Positions 62,108 through 64,000 of a stretch of DNA of 64,000 bases are shown here, one piece after another. The stretch comes from Camelus ferus (Eukaryota). How positions within the stretch are numbered: position 1 is the stretch's first letter; each line of letters starts with the position of its first letter. Location of the stretch: assembly GCF_009834535.1 (NCBI RefSeq), contig NC_045696.1, positions 13,890,001 to 13,954,000 on the forward strand, in the 5' to 3' direction. A model generated the notes under the pieces. That model was not told where the DNA came from and searched no databases. It worked only from the letters and a program-made list of their open reading frames with translations. A program made the translations under genes and the position numbers.

Positions 62108-64000
62108 TTAGTACATTCCTATGGTCAGAAAACTTTTCCACTCCTGCATCTCAGATTAAGAAGACATTAACAAAGGAGGCATCAGCTTGGCCAAAAAGCT
62201 ACAGCCACTCCCCGTGAGTGCTCTGCTAGTGCTTATGTTTCATAGTATGAAACTTGGTTGTTTCTTTTGGTTGGAGATTATGAGCATGAGACCAACTTGG
62301 ATCATTAAAATTCATGAACAGGACTGTTTATAGAGGAGTTTACTATTTACCATTTGGGTTTTTATATTGCAATGGCTGATGAATCTTCTTCCCAGTTTTT
62401 TTCATTGTTCCTTCATTTTTGCCTCTAACTATGTAAGCACCATAGCTATTTCCTAAACATGGAGCAGGAGGACCAGGAGGAAGAGAAGGAGCACATGAGG
62501 GAAAAGAAGAGGGAAGGGAGAAAGGTGCAGTTGGATGGAATAAAGTCCTTCTACTCTAAGTGTACGATAACTTGCTGTGAGTCTTGTAAAATTCTATTTA
62601 ACTCTTCTATGTTTCAGTTTCCACCTCTGTAGTATAATTAGGTTGGATGTGATGAACTGCACAGCTCCTTTTACATGCTACATTTCATTACACTGGTAGT
62701 AAATGAGGAAATAAAGAGAACATGATGAGAAGACTGAGATACAATTGTTAAGAACAGATTTTTTGCCAAGACTCTCCTACTCTGCATCCCATTTCCTAAT
62801 TTCAGGAATGTTTGAGGATCTTATAAAATAAAGAACAGGAAAAAATATTTAAACATTACTTGTTCCATATAAAGATTAAGTTTCCAGTTATTATTATACC
62901 ATCTGTGTTAGTATCTTACATTCTATAACACTCGGTTATAAGATAGAAGAATGGTATAAATAAAGTATTTCCAATTTTGTTTCCATATAAATTGAAACTG
63001 TTGTTTTCAACTGTATTAAAAGTTTCTTTTCTGCAGTTAGATTCAGTTTATATGTTGGCTAAGAACCCAGGTGCAACTTCACCCTGCTGAGCCTAGTTCC
63101 TGCCCATCTAAGTGTGTTGCCTGCTTTTTTATACAAATGGTGATAATTTGAGCAGATTGAAAATAGTAATTGGGGTACAGGGATTTAGTCAATTAAAAAA
63201 ATGAGAAAATTTCCTGTGTTGTGATTATTTAAAGCTCATAGGTGCTCTTTTTCTAAAAATGTACACCCACGCACCAGCCTTCCATCTTAATAGCCTTCAT
63301 GCACAAGCCTTATCATGTAAGTCTAAATTTTATTCCTACATTCTTCAAACCATTCTTATACATAATGTCTTCAGAGATGCATGGTCTGTATTTATTATAT
63401 AAAGGTATTCAAATCTCTTGAGATTTCCATTTAGAGAAAGGCTGTGTCTAGAAACTACAGGTATCCAAGGAAAACTACTGCTTAGGGAAAGAAAAATAGC
63501 TAAGCCCAACCAAAATTAGTGCCTAGCCCCCAAAATCTGAGCTTCCAAAGCCCATTAACAGCAGCAATGATAACGCAAATCTTAGCTGACACATCACTAA
63601 TAAATAACAACATTAACAGCATATTGGGATAGCAGAATAAAGAATTTATTAAAATAAAATTATTTGGTTTTCCATCTACCTTTGGGAGAAGTGCAAAACA
63701 ATAAATTCTGTCTGCAATTCAATTTTAATTTCTCATTAATTTTGTAGGTTGATGGAGTTCATCTATCAACTAGTGTTTGAGGGCTGGAGAGGTAAAGAGT
63801 TGTTCGTGATCAAGGAATTTTAGAATACTTTTCAACAGAGGAAATTGAGATAATAGATAATAGCACAGAATCTGAATTTCTCAAATGGATTTGGCTCTTC
63901 TATCAATTCATCAGTAGAAGCCAGATCTACAAATTGGCCAGTAACAAGATGAACAGAAACTTCTGGAAGGAAAGTTGATTGGGTACCAGAAATTGGACCC

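Noticed and set aside
1..64000. Remaining 60-136 aa ORFs; CRISPR arrays or prokaryote-type systems
   Set aside because: The ORFs are low-complexity or repeat-derived with no recognisable domains. No regularly spaced repeat-spacer array or operon structure is present in this mammalian DNA.

Overview
AT-rich, repeat-dense mammalian genomic DNA. It is probably camelid, because two tRNA-Ala-derived SINEs look like the Tylopoda Vic-1 family. The window covers part of an intronless hair keratin-associated protein cluster (KRTAP13/PMG family) with six copies in different states. Minus strand: 2562-3053 (nonsense codon 18 codons before the ancestral end), about 17540-17989 (heavily decayed relic) and 21305-21804 (KRTAP13-2-like, nonsense plus frameshift). 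Plus strand: 36904-37419 (intact, KRTAP13-1-like, 171 aa), 42874-43382 (pseudogene) and 48607-49005 (open but shortened by in-frame deletions, 132 aa). The rest is L1, L2, MIR, MER20, MaLR/MLT2, an old ERVL (LTR16-type) provirus remnant and about six ERV1-type solo LTRs. I see no evidence of a wholly new biological system. The most interesting items are the birth-and-death state of the cluster, a probable gene-conversion tract, a latent C-terminal tail, a conserved promoter block with a HOX13-type site, a KRTAP copy bracketed by direct LTRs, a SINE-L1 chimeric insertion and a twin-primed L1. Repeat family names and human-orthologue comparisons come from memory of consensus sequences, not from a search.
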